A stretch of 64,000 nt of DNA from positions 32,001 to 96,000 of the forward strand of contig CAZFHY010000001.1 in NCBI GenBank assembly GCA_964519305.1, in the 5' to 3' direction. Positions 1 to 8,337 of this stretch are shown here, in pieces. The notes under the pieces are model-generated. The model did no database searches. It was not told where the DNA came from and worked only from the letters and a program-made list of their open reading frames with translations. This stretch comes from Candidatus Undinarchaeota archaeon (GTDB lineage: Archaea > SpSt-1190 > JASMDC01). Every line of letters starts with the position of its first letter. Position 1 is the stretch's first letter. The translations under genes and the position numbers were made by a program.

Positions 1-1
1 G

Positions 2-400
2 TACAAACTCTGGATAATGGGTAGCGAGATGGGCGCGCTCACCGCCGCAACGGCCGCTGCTGGAACGGCCTCGAACGTGGAGGGCGTGTTCCTCCCTTTC
101 CCGGGCGGGATCTGTGCAGCAGGGTCCAAGGTGGGTTCGGTGCACTACCCCTCCCTCAAGGCCTCCACCAACCATCCCTACTGTCCAACGGTGCGAGACA
201 AGGTAGAAAGCAGGCTTCCCGATGGGGTCGAGGCCGTGTACGAGCTCGTGATCACCGGTCTCGACCGCCGCCGGGTCGAAGAGGCGATGAGCGGGGCCGT
301 CGAGGCGGCCGCTGCGAACGGAGCGGCCCGCATCTCTGCAGGTACGTTCGCGAAGAAGATGGTCGCGCGCCGACCCGACCTGTCCGACCTGCTAGACTGA
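2..400 (+). CDS. ftr: Formylmethanofuran--tetrahydromethanopterin N-formyltransferase, C-terminal part (5' end outside window)
   Basis: FPGGICAAGSKVGS..Y..LKASTNHPYCPT...P.GV.AVYELVI.G matches the Ftr C-terminal lobe; frame is open to the window edge. Confidence 0.85.
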   Translation, partial: YKLWIMGSEMGALTAATAAAGTASNVEGVFLPFPGGICAAGSKVGSVHYPSLKASTNHPYCPTVRDKVESRLPDGVEAVYELVITGLDRRRVEEAMSGAVEAAAANGAARISAGTFAKKMVARRPDLSDLLD

Positions 401-437
401 GAGATCAGGGAATATTACTTGTATATACTATTCTTGA

Positions 438-453
438 GGAATCTATATAAAAC
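438..453 (+). promoter_or_regulatory. BRE/TATA promoter of microprotein 1
   Basis: ggaatcTATATAAaac in an AT-rich island about 50 nt upstream of the ORF at 501. Confidence 0.55.
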
Positions 454-500
454 GATATTAGTATAGTATTGTTTAGAGAGAGCAACCCCCGAGGTGGCGT

Positions 501-584
501 GTGAGAATGATAACACTTCCGAGCCTAGCCGTGGCCGTGCTCACCGTGCTGTATGCCGTTAAAGGATACAGCGAGGTCGAGTAA
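501..584 (+). CDS. Microprotein 1, single TM helix, (MR)MITLPSLAVAVLTVLYAVKGYSEVE
   Basis: Hand-translated; RBS GAGGTG at 491-496; paralogous to 801-890 and 1069-1176. Confidence 0.75.
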   Translation: MRMITLPSLAVAVLTVLYAVKGYSEVE

Positions 585-736
585 CGCGCTGACGTGATCC
601 CCACTGGTAAACGACCCCTACGGTCCGGTCCAGCCCGACCACACAGATATCGGAGCGACCGTCGTCGCGGATGCTGGTCCATTCCCAGAGAGGTCCACCC
701 ATCCCCGTTTATAATTATCATATATATTAACAGTGT

Positions 737-751
737 GAAATCCATATAACC
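737..751 (+). promoter_or_regulatory. BRE/TATA promoter of microprotein 2
   Basis: gaaatccATATAAcc, close in sequence and spacing to the unit-1 promoter. Confidence 0.5.
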
Positions 752-800
752 CTGGAAACACATCTACTACTTGTAGCGAGAACACCCCCTGGTGATGCCC

Positions 801-890
801 ATGTTGACAGTACCCGTTTTTGTAATGGCAATTCTGACCGTGCTCTATGCGATCCAAGGATTCCGCGAGGTCAAGAACAATCTCGCCTAG
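801..890 (+). CDS. Microprotein 2, single TM helix, MLTVPVFVMAILTVLYAIQGFREVKNNLA
   Basis: Hand-translated; RBS GGTGA at 791-795; shares LTVLYA.xG[YF]xEV with microprotein 1. Confidence 0.75.
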   Translation: MLTVPVFVMAILTVLYAIQGFREVKNNLA

Positions 891-1068
891 CTAGAATCCC
901 TTGGCTGCGAGCATGTCGCACAGGTCGTTCTATGACCTTTTCTATCGCCTTTTTCACTAGGAAGAGCCTTACATCATAGTAGTGGTATAGTACGATATAT
1001 ACGTTAACGTTATAGCTCAGTAATGATAATACTTACTGTAACGAGAAAATAGTAGGGAGGAACTGCAC

Positions 1069-1176
1069 ATGGTGACACTGCAATTGATCGCACTTGGGTT
1101 GGTCATCATCCTGTACGCAGCGCATGCCTATAGCGAGCTTTCAGAGGACCATCGGTCCCTGTCACACGACTTCTAG
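1069..1176 (+). CDS. Microprotein 3, single TM helix, MVTLQLIALGLVIILYAAHAYSELSEDHRSLSHDF
   Basis: Hand-translated; RBS GGAGG at 1056-1060; LYA..AYSEL motif in register with microproteins 1 and 2. Confidence 0.72.
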   Translation: MVTLQLIALGLVIILYAAHAYSELSEDHRSLSHDF

Positions 1177-1248
1177 GATGAACGCTTCGGGGGATGTCCC
1201 GGGAAGGCCCAAGTATTGATAGGTACGAATCGGTACGCCCTTGGAACC

Positions 1249-2112
1249 TCAACGCTGGTCCATTAGCCAACGGTTCATCCTTATCCGGTTGATCTTACCC
1301 ACCCTCTCCTTGATTATGACCTTCTTTCGCTCCAGACGCTGGAGCGCGCGCGAGAGCGGGTACTTGTCGAGGGAAAGACGTGAGCGGATCGTGGTCTGTA
1401 GGAGCTCACCGTCCGACTTGAGCAGTTCCTGGACTATCGCCTTCTCAGTATCGTCCAGGGTCTTGAGCACATAGTCCAGTCCGCGCGTCGGTTCACCCTC
1501 TTCCTCCTCAGGCTCCCCCGCCTCTTCGGGATTGCGACTGATGGCCACAAGGTAGGCGGTCCACCCCAGGGCGAACACCAGAAAGACTATGGGCAGTGCA
1601 AGCGCCATCTCACCACTGAGCCTATAGGACACGTTGATGAGGCCAATGGGATCGTCAAAGCTCACGATGCGGGCCTCGACAAGGTGCTGCGAAGGGATCG
1701 TCGAGTTGCGTGGAAGGAAGTGGGCCCGCTCGGGAAGAGCGACCGAGTAGGTGATACCTTGTGTGAAGTGAGGTATGAAGGTCAGAGTGCTCGTCTTCCC
1801 ATCGGTCTTCACCAGACCTGAGATATCGTACTTGACCGTTACCGGGCCACCATAGGGATTATGGACCGAAAGCCGTTTGGAGGCAGCCGCGTAGTCGTAC
1901 GGGAGCATTCCGGAGCCTGTCCGTATATCGAAATCCCTGGGTTCATGGAGGAAGCGCATGGTGAGCGTCGTGTTCCTGACCATGTTGACCACATAGGATA
2001 CGTGGACCAGTCCATCTGCGTCCACGTCCAACCGACAGGAGTTGGGTAGCGCCTGGCCAAGTGTTACTAGGCAGAGCACAAGAGCGATAATTAGGACCTG
2101 GCTTCGGGTCAC
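1249..2112 (-). CDS. Membrane-anchored winged-helix (MarR-like) transcriptional regulator with an extracellular N-terminal domain
   Basis: Signal peptide, beta-rich domain, TM helix, then LDDTEKAIVQELLKSDGELLQTTIRSRLSLDKYPLSRALQRLERKKVIIKERVGKINRI wHTH; start placed at GTG 2112, just downstream of a TATA. Confidence 0.75.
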   Translation of the reverse strand: MTRSQVLIIALVLCLVTLGQALPNSCRLDVDADGLVHVSYVVNMVRNTTLTMRFLHEPRDFDIRTGSGMLPYDYAAASKRLSVHNPYGGPVTVKYDISGLVKTDGKTSTLTFIPHFTQGITYSVALPERAHFLPRNSTIPSQHLVEARIVSFDDPIGLINVSYRLSGEMALALPIVFLVFALGWTAYLVAISRNPEEAGEPEEEEGEPTRGLDYVLKTLDDTEKAIVQELLKSDGELLQTTIRSRLSLDKYPLSRALQRLERKKVIIKERVGKINRIRMNRWLMDQR

Positions 2113-2133
2113 GGAGCGGACGTTCCTAATCAA

Positions 2134-2144
2134 CTTATATAAAT
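2134..2144. promoter_or_regulatory. Shared divergent TATA box
   Basis: cTTATATAAat about 25 nt from both divergent start codons (2112 and 2169), implying leaderless mRNAs. Confidence 0.55.
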
Positions 2145-2168
2145 CTTGTCGGGCGTTCGATTGTTCAC

Positions 2169-4982
2169 ATGGCACTTCATCGTCTGTTACGTACCATCTC
2201 AGCCATTGTCCTCGTCGCCCTGCTCCTGACACCGGGCAGCGCTATAGTCGCGGACGAGGTCGTTGAGGAGGTGGACATATCCACATTGAAGTACGCTCAG
2301 GTGGACATCACTTATGTTCTCCCGAGCCGCTACCTCGATACACTCGATGACCAGCTGCTCAACAGCAGATGCTCCCTGCTATCCTCGGTGACCGGGTGCC
2401 GTGCTTCGATCTACGGTGGCGAGGAGAAGGTAGTGTTCAACATGCTCGAGCCCAGCCCCGAGATAGGGGTCAGGGACCTCGACGTCCAAGAGGACCTCAT
2501 CAACGTCGAGTTCTACTTCAAGTACCTGCCCAAGCAATACGTGCTCGCCCAAGGACTGATGGTGCGTGAGCGAGGTATGAAGATCAGGTACCCCACCCAC
2601 ACGACCGTGCTCAACTACGTCCTGGACATGCCCCTCCTCTCGCAGTTCGCCATTTCCAGGCGGGCCGTCCCGTTCTCGGCCACGGTGGACAAGACGTCCT
2701 TCGTCATCGGTGAGACCATCCCTATCCCAAAGATCACAGAGGGCATATTCTGCATCGCCGCCCTCCTGGACGGCGACACGGTCATCGTCCGTGATTACTC
2801 GAGCACCTGTTCACCCTTCGAGCTCGGGACCACTTCGTTCATCCCCGAGGGCAGCTACGACCTATACCTCATCGCGCTCACCGGGAGCGCGACCAAGTAC
2901 AACAGTATCCGGGTGGACCTGGAAGCGTCCGATATCCCGACCTATCTGGATCTGGACAAGGACAGGTGCAACCTGGGCGAATCCTTCGTTGTGAAGGTCA
3001 CATCCTCCGAGGACCTCGACCGGTGCGAGGTGCACTTCATGGACCCCTTCGGCAACCAGGTGGAGGAGCGCACTTCGTACGATTGTGAGAACATAATCCT
3101 CGGAACGTCTCCCGCCCTGGTCCCTGGACGCTATCTCGTCAAGGCATATTCCTGGAAGGGAGAGGAGCGCGGGGCAGCTTCTATGAGCATCACCCTCGTG
3201 GGACAGGGCTACTCCTCCTCCGAGATCACCACAGACAGCAATGTGTACAACGCGGGCGACACTATCGAGGTGTACTCCGAATCCGAGGGCGACTACTGTC
3301 TGACCGAACTCTTCGACTCAGAGTACAACAAGGTCGCCGAGGCCGAATCTGTCGGATGCGAAGCCGTCGACATCCCGGCCCATGACAGTCTTGAGGCGGG
3401 CAACTACCTGATCAAGACCACCGTGAAGAAGAACGGACGCATCATCTCCGTGGCCCCCAAGGGGATCGAGATCAGACCCTGGTCGGAGCATAGCGGCACG
3501 GTCCAGTCCGACCTCTGCCAGCAGGGCAAGCTCTTCATCCTGGGCGAGCGCTTCCCCTGCATATCCACCGGCGAGGTGTGCATCCCGTCATCCTCATCCA
3601 AGCCGTTATGCCTCTGTTTCGACCAGAGCGGTAATCCGAAGGACTTTTGCGATTACGGCCACACATGCGGCCAGACCGGCTGCTCCGAAACGAAGGTGTT
3701 CAAGACGCCTTTCATCATAATCCGCGACCAGGGTAATTGCCTGGCACGCAAGGGCGACCAGACCATCTCCTGCATCGAGCTGGGCGAGATCTGTGGCGGT
3801 AACTGCGTGTGCATCAACGAGAAGGACCAGCCTCTATCTTCCTGTGTGGGTGGCGACTCCTGCACGTTCGAGGGATGCAGTCGCTCCACCATCGAGTTCG
3901 AGGTGACGTCGGTCAGTCCGGAAAGCGTGCGCGCGGACGAGCTGCGTGCCGGAAGTGCCGTTTCGTGGAAAGGACATATGCATATGGACGACCAGCTCTT
4001 CTCAGGGAGCAGGTCCCAGCTAGAGTTCACCATGCGACTGGGAACGATCACGCTCGAGGACGCTGACATCGAGGAGGAGTACGTCTCCGCCGCAGAGGGC
4101 TGGAAGGTGACAGGCACCTTCTCGGGCGACCTTGATCCCGGTAACTACGAGACGTTCCTCATGGTGAAGCGTGGCGAGGACGTCCACATCATGCGCAAGG
4201 CATTCCAGGTATGGTACCCCTTGTCCGAGAGCGCGCTGAACATCGAGCTCCGGTACGTCAATCCCGAGAAGATGTCCTATCGGGAGCTGGGTCTGGAAGG
4301 TGGAGGGATCGAACTGCACGCTCGTGTGACCAACCATGCGGGCCGTGCGCTCACCGGTAAGGACCTGCCACCCGATGTGTTCAATATGAGCCTTGAGGGT
4401 GCTGCTACGTCGCTCGGTGCGTTCTCCATGTCCGAACCGAAGTTCGACAAGAAGCTCGGTCTGTGGGTCATCAAGGGTACGTTCTACACGAAAGTGAGGA
4501 TCACCATCAGCAGGCTCGAACTTTCCATCATGCACCTGGGCAGGACAGGCGAGGCCACATCGCCCTTCGAACTGCTCGAGCACGTGCCACTCGAGATAAC
4601 CATCAGGACAACCGAACCTGGGAGCAACAAACCCATCTTCCACCTCATGGCCATCACCGGGTTCGACATCGATGTGTACGTGGACATCGAAGGCTCGTCC
4701 TCGCTGCAGAGCAAGGACTTCAATATCAAGATCGGGCACGTCGAGATCAAATCCGACTGTGGTACGGCGGACGGGGACCCCTGCATCGGTTACATAGTGG
4801 ACACCGAAAGGGGCGTGCGCATCCACCTCTCCAACATCAAGCTCTGTGAACTGGAGGACGTGTCATCCGACAGCGTCCGCAATCTCAGCATCGAGATCGA
4901 GGAGATGGGGCAGAAGGCCAGGGCCAAGACCCAATTGCGCATCGTCAGCAATCCCGGCAAGTACCAAGTGAGGTGTTCCTGA
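2169..4982 (+). CDS. Large secreted protein with Ig-like repeats and a central Cys-rich region
   Basis: Sec signal peptide; repeated ~90-aa beta modules (e.g. DKTSFVIGETI, DKDRCNLGESF, DSNVYNAGDTI); two CxxxGExC...CxC...C...C...GC repeats. Confidence 0.75.
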   Translation: MALHRLLRTISAIVLVALLLTPGSAIVADEVVEEVDISTLKYAQVDITYVLPSRYLDTLDDQLLNSRCSLLSSVTGCRASIYGGEEKVVFNMLEPSPEIGVRDLDVQEDLINVEFYFKYLPKQYVLAQGLMVRERGMKIRYPTHTTVLNYVLDMPLLSQFAISRRAVPFSATVDKTSFVIGETIPIPKITEGIFCIAALLDGDTVIVRDYSSTCSPFELGTTSFIPEGSYDLYLIALTGSATKYNSIRVDLEASDIPTYLDLDKDRCNLGESFVVKVTSSEDLDRCEVHFMDPFGNQVEERTSYDCENIILGTSPALVPGRYLVKAYSWKGEERGAASMSITLVGQGYSSSEITTDSNVYNAGDTIEVYSESEGDYCLTELFDSEYNKVAEAESVGCEAVDIPAHDSLEAGNYLIKTTVKKNGRIISVAPKGIEIRPWSEHSGTVQSDLCQQGKLFILGERFPCISTGEVCIPSSSSKPLCLCFDQSGNPKDFCDYGHTCGQTGCSETKVFKTPFIIIRDQGNCLARKGDQTISCIELGEICGGNCVCINEKDQPLSSCVGGDSCTFEGCSRSTIEFEVTSVSPESVRADELRAGSAVSWKGHMHMDDQLFSGSRSQLEFTMRLGTITLEDADIEEEYVSAAEGWKVTGTFSGDLDPGNYETFLMVKRGEDVHIMRKAFQVWYPLSESALNIELRYVNPEKMSYRELGLEGGGIELHARVTNHAGRALTGKDLPPDVFNMSLEGAATSLGAFSMSEPKFDKKLGLWVIKGTFYTKVRITISRLELSIMHLGRTGEATSPFELLEHVPLEITIRTTEPGSNKPIFHLMAITGFDIDVYVDIEGSSSLQSKDFNIKIGHVEIKSDCGTADGDPCIGYIVDTERGVRIHLSNIKLCELEDVSSDSVRNLSIEIEEMGQKARAKTQLRIVSNPGKYQVRCS

Positions 4983-6850
4983 TGGTCGAGCGCACACGAG
5001 GTCAGATGGCTCTCATCGGGCTCGCGGCGGTAGCACTGGTAGTCATCATGATCGTTTACATGATGAGCGGTAGCCGCAGGACCGAGACCGAGATCAATAT
5101 CAAGGACATCGAGTCCGCCGGCCTCAAGAGCGAGCTGGAGAAGGTGGAGAGCATCGTTACCGATATCTTCGAGGAGTCGATCCACTCCTCTGCGCTCGAG
5201 CTGGCACGTCATGGTGGGTATGCCCGCGGCAATGTACCGCCCCGCAATCTCGGGCTCACGCCGTACTGGTTCTACAAGGGGAACATCATCAACATCCCCT
5301 CGGTAGAGGTCATGACGGGCATGATGAAGGAGCGTATGGAATGGCGCATCCAGAACGATCTCAATGACCTGCGCAAGAACCTGCGGATGGACATGTTCCA
5401 CATCGGCCAGCCACGGGTCACCGTCACTCTCACCGATGTCCAGATCAACGCTGACCTGGAGCTACCTATCGAGGTAGTGCAGGGCGAGAACAAGGTCAAG
5501 ACCAAGATCGAGTTCACTCACACGGCACAACTACGTCTCAAGCTGTTACGCGACCTGGCCGAGAAGTACGTGCGTAATTACGCTGAAGTGCGTTACATGG
5601 AGCAGCAGTGGATGCACGGCGTCAACAACGATCCGCGGGTACCTAACACCCACGGTGCCGAGCCGGACGCGACGGGTCCCTGTACGACCTGCCAGGTCGT
5701 CAAGTACACGAAGCCGGGTATGACCTCAGCACTGCAGGAGCACGCTCAGCTCCACTCGTCAATGGAGCTCCAGCGTGCACGCAACCTACCTTTCTTCCAG
5801 AAGGACGCCAGTGGCGATCAGGTCAAGGACATCCAGCTCGACTTCAAGGCCAATGAGAAGGACCTCGAGTTCGAGTTCACCGCGAATCCGGGCGAGGCCT
5901 GCGAGAGCAACACCGAGGTATACCTCATCGAGCAGGGCAACACGGGCAGTGCGCCCATGGGCTCGTGCCAACATATGACCGTGACCTCCTATGACCTGTT
6001 CATGTTCCCGGTGGAGATCATCATCAGGGACCTGCTCAAGATCGGCATGGTCATGACCACAGAGACGGCCGAGACGACGACGGACCAGGACGGCAGCGCG
6101 ACAAAGAGCGTCGTCAAGCCCCTTGAGTTCCATATCGCCCTGAACTCCTACTTCACGACCGGTGATCCCAAGGCAGTGGACGGCTCTGTCAACGATCCTG
6201 AGACCGTCGATAACCTTTGTCAGGGAGCCTGCTCTATCGACATAAAGGCTACAAATGTCAACGAGGGCATGCTGTTCATCGACTCGTGCGAGTACGGGCC
6301 CGGCAACCACTTCACTGAGGCCAACGTACCCTGCGGTATCCACACCATCACGTTCAAGTCCATCGATCCCGCGGGCAAGGCCAAGTGGGTGAAGAGGGAC
6401 CCCATCACGGACAACTACCAGCTCGAGATCGAGGTCCAGGACTATGCATCGGTGAAGGGCACCATCAACATGAAGAACAAGGTGTACTGCACCCAGTCCA
6501 AGCGCGTGGAGGACAAGGGCCTCGAGACACTGGCGTACTACGAGGGCGATCCGCCTCGGACGATCAGGCTGTTCTTCTACCCCGTCAACCACAGGCTGGG
6601 AGAGATGGTGCATGCCGACATCGACGAGAACGGTGCCTACGAGGTCCCCGTTATCAATCCCGGGACATATCTGGTGCTTGCCTTCCCCACCGAGGACGCC
6701 TCACACCGCCCTACGCACAAGGTGCTGCCAAAGGGCCTGGTGATGGACATCGAGCCAGGTACTAACGACCTGAACATCGAGCTGGAGCCCATGCGCGTGG
6801 AGAAGGTCGGCGACAAGTACGTCAACGTGGTCGGAACCGAGGACTGTTAG
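4982..6850 (+). CDS. Large pilin-like protein with class III (prepilin) signal peptide and C-terminal CnaB/carboxypeptidase-regulatory-like domain
   Basis: MVERTRG|QMALIGLAAVALVVIMIVYMM fits the archaeal [KR]G|Q + hydrophobic prepilin motif; DENGAYEVPVINPGTYLVLA; TGATG overlap with upstream gene. Confidence 0.65.
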   Translation: MVERTRGQMALIGLAAVALVVIMIVYMMSGSRRTETEINIKDIESAGLKSELEKVESIVTDIFEESIHSSALELARHGGYARGNVPPRNLGLTPYWFYKGNIINIPSVEVMTGMMKERMEWRIQNDLNDLRKNLRMDMFHIGQPRVTVTLTDVQINADLELPIEVVQGENKVKTKIEFTHTAQLRLKLLRDLAEKYVRNYAEVRYMEQQWMHGVNNDPRVPNTHGAEPDATGPCTTCQVVKYTKPGMTSALQEHAQLHSSMELQRARNLPFFQKDASGDQVKDIQLDFKANEKDLEFEFTANPGEACESNTEVYLIEQGNTGSAPMGSCQHMTVTSYDLFMFPVEIIIRDLLKIGMVMTTETAETTTDQDGSATKSVVKPLEFHIALNSYFTTGDPKAVDGSVNDPETVDNLCQGACSIDIKATNVNEGMLFIDSCEYGPGNHFTEANVPCGIHTITFKSIDPAGKAKWVKRDPITDNYQLEIEVQDYASVKGTINMKNKVYCTQSKRVEDKGLETLAYYEGDPPRTIRLFFYPVNHRLGEMVHADIDENGAYEVPVINPGTYLVLAFPTEDASHRPTHKVLPKGLVMDIEPGTNDLNIELEPMRVEKVGDKYVNVVGTEDC

Positions 6851-6858
6851 TACCCGAG

Positions 6859-6880
6859 GAGCGTCCGGCTACGGGCGCTC
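6859..6880 (+). terminator. GC hairpin after the pilin-like gene
   Basis: gagcgtccg-gcta-cgggcgctc, 9-bp stem with one G-U. Confidence 0.4.
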
Positions 6881-7059
6881 GTCTTGACAACGCGGGCAGT
6901 ACTCGTAGCTTGGTCCTGCTCCCGAGGATGCTTTCGATGAGCATATCGTTTACTTATGTAAACAACGGTGACAGGATGGACGGTACCATCCGCAAGGTGG
7001 ATGAGCTACCTTTGACCTCGGAAGGTATCACGGTAGTGGACGGGAGCAGCTAGTTCTAC

Positions 7060-8319
7060 TCACTGGCTCTGGCTCCACTGCTGGAACTGCTCCGCCCACT
7101 CGCCCTGGTTCGTAGGCTCTTCAGGCGGCGGCTCGTACGATGGCTGTTCTTCCCTCGGTTCGTTCGACCCAGTCATCATCTTCACGCGCTTGATCAGTTC
7201 CTTGATGCGCGGCATCTCCACACCGGCCAGCAGGATGACCACCTCGAACCGGTCGTAGCTGGAGATGACGGCGTTCCCCCAGCGCACGGTACCGCCGGCG
7301 CCATCATTGAGCTGGCTCCCGAGCCAGCTGATTGCCTCGTGGAGCTCGGAGACCTTGGGCGAAGTGGGTCCGGCGACGATGAGCGCCGCTGAGCGGGCAC
7401 TGGTGTACACCGCCTGGGTCGTCGTCCCCTGGAGCACTGCCATCTGGACCAGATTGGTGAGGCTCGAGCGGGCGTTCCCCTCGGCGTCCACGGGCGCTTC
7501 TGCCCGTCCCAAGCAGCACAGCACGCCGTAGTCGCTGGTCTTTGCCTCGAGGATCGTGTTCTTCAGGTCAGTGGAGTCCATGACCAGGTCCTGCTCCTGC
7601 GAGATGGGCAGGCCCGAGATGGTCAGCAGCTTGATCTGCTTGAGGATCTCCCGGTTGATCTGGTCGAAGATCTCGTTGATACCCACCCGCCCACGGACAT
7701 GGGCAGGGATGCGCTCGTAGAACCACTCGTTGTCGGCGATGATGAGCCCGTCCAGGCGGGGCAGGAGGTTCTTCATTCCCCATAGTGCGTTCTCCTCGTA
7801 CCGGCCGCTCTCGTACCCGAAGGGCAGCAGCCCGATGCCGATCTTGACGAAGTCGTTCGGGTTAACGACGTGGCGCTGGATGAACACCTCGTCGATTATG
7901 TCCGCCGCCACCGGTGAGCACCCGCAGCCGGAACCGCCGCCAAGGGAGGTGACGATAAAGCAGAAGTGGGGCATGATGCCGCGGCCAAGGGTGTTGACTG
8001 TGATGGTGTTTCGGATGAGGTCGCGGTTCTGGTTGGCCACACCCTTGCAGTACTCGGGATTGCCGCCGCACCCCTTTCCTCCGCCGATCAGGATGCGCGA
8101 CTCCTCGGGGATGTTGAGGATGTTGAGGTCGCGGATGTTGGTGTTCAGGGCCACCGAGGCGAAGTAATCGTCCACACGCAGAGTGGAGATGCCCATGGAA
8201 CGGGCGAAGGTCAGCATCTGGCTGACCACCGAGCGCTGGAACTCGGCCACGGCGTCGAGCACGCGGGTGCCCCCCTGACCCAGCCCCATTGCGAATATCT
8301 GGCTTCCTGAGACGTCCAT
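7060..8319 (-). CDS. Tubulin/FtsZ superfamily GTPase (divergent CetZ/FtsZ-like)
   Basis: GLGQGG, LNTNIRDL, GKGCGGNP, SLGGGSGCG (tubulin signature variant), LLPFGYES, ADNE, FDQIN, VMDSTDLKNTI; acidic Pro/Gln tail; start at 8319 or 8328. Confidence 0.9.
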   Translation of the reverse strand: MDVSGSQIFAMGLGQGGTRVLDAVAEFQRSVVSQMLTFARSMGISTLRVDDYFASVALNTNIRDLNILNIPEESRILIGGGKGCGGNPEYCKGVANQNRDLIRNTITVNTLGRGIMPHFCFIVTSLGGGSGCGCSPVAADIIDEVFIQRHVVNPNDFVKIGIGLLPFGYESGRYEENALWGMKNLLPRLDGLIIADNEWFYERIPAHVRGRVGINEIFDQINREILKQIKLLTISGLPISQEQDLVMDSTDLKNTILEAKTSDYGVLCCLGRAEAPVDAEGNARSSLTNLVQMAVLQGTTTQAVYTSARSAALIVAGPTSPKVSELHEAISWLGSQLNDGAGGTVRWGNAVISSYDRFEVVILLAGVEMPRIKELIKRVKMMTGSNEPREEQPSYEPPPEEPTNQGEWAEQFQQWSQSQ

Positions 8320-8337
8320 GATGCACACTTCCCTTGC

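Noticed and set aside
473-857. Minus-strand ORFs 473-763 and 618-857 in the track
   Set aside because: They cross AT-rich promoter islands and are antisense to the better-supported microprotein genes.
6938-7053. 38-aa ORF MSISFTYVNNG... in the gap after the pilin-like gene
   Set aside because: No RBS or homology cue; the region is better explained by RNA-like structure.
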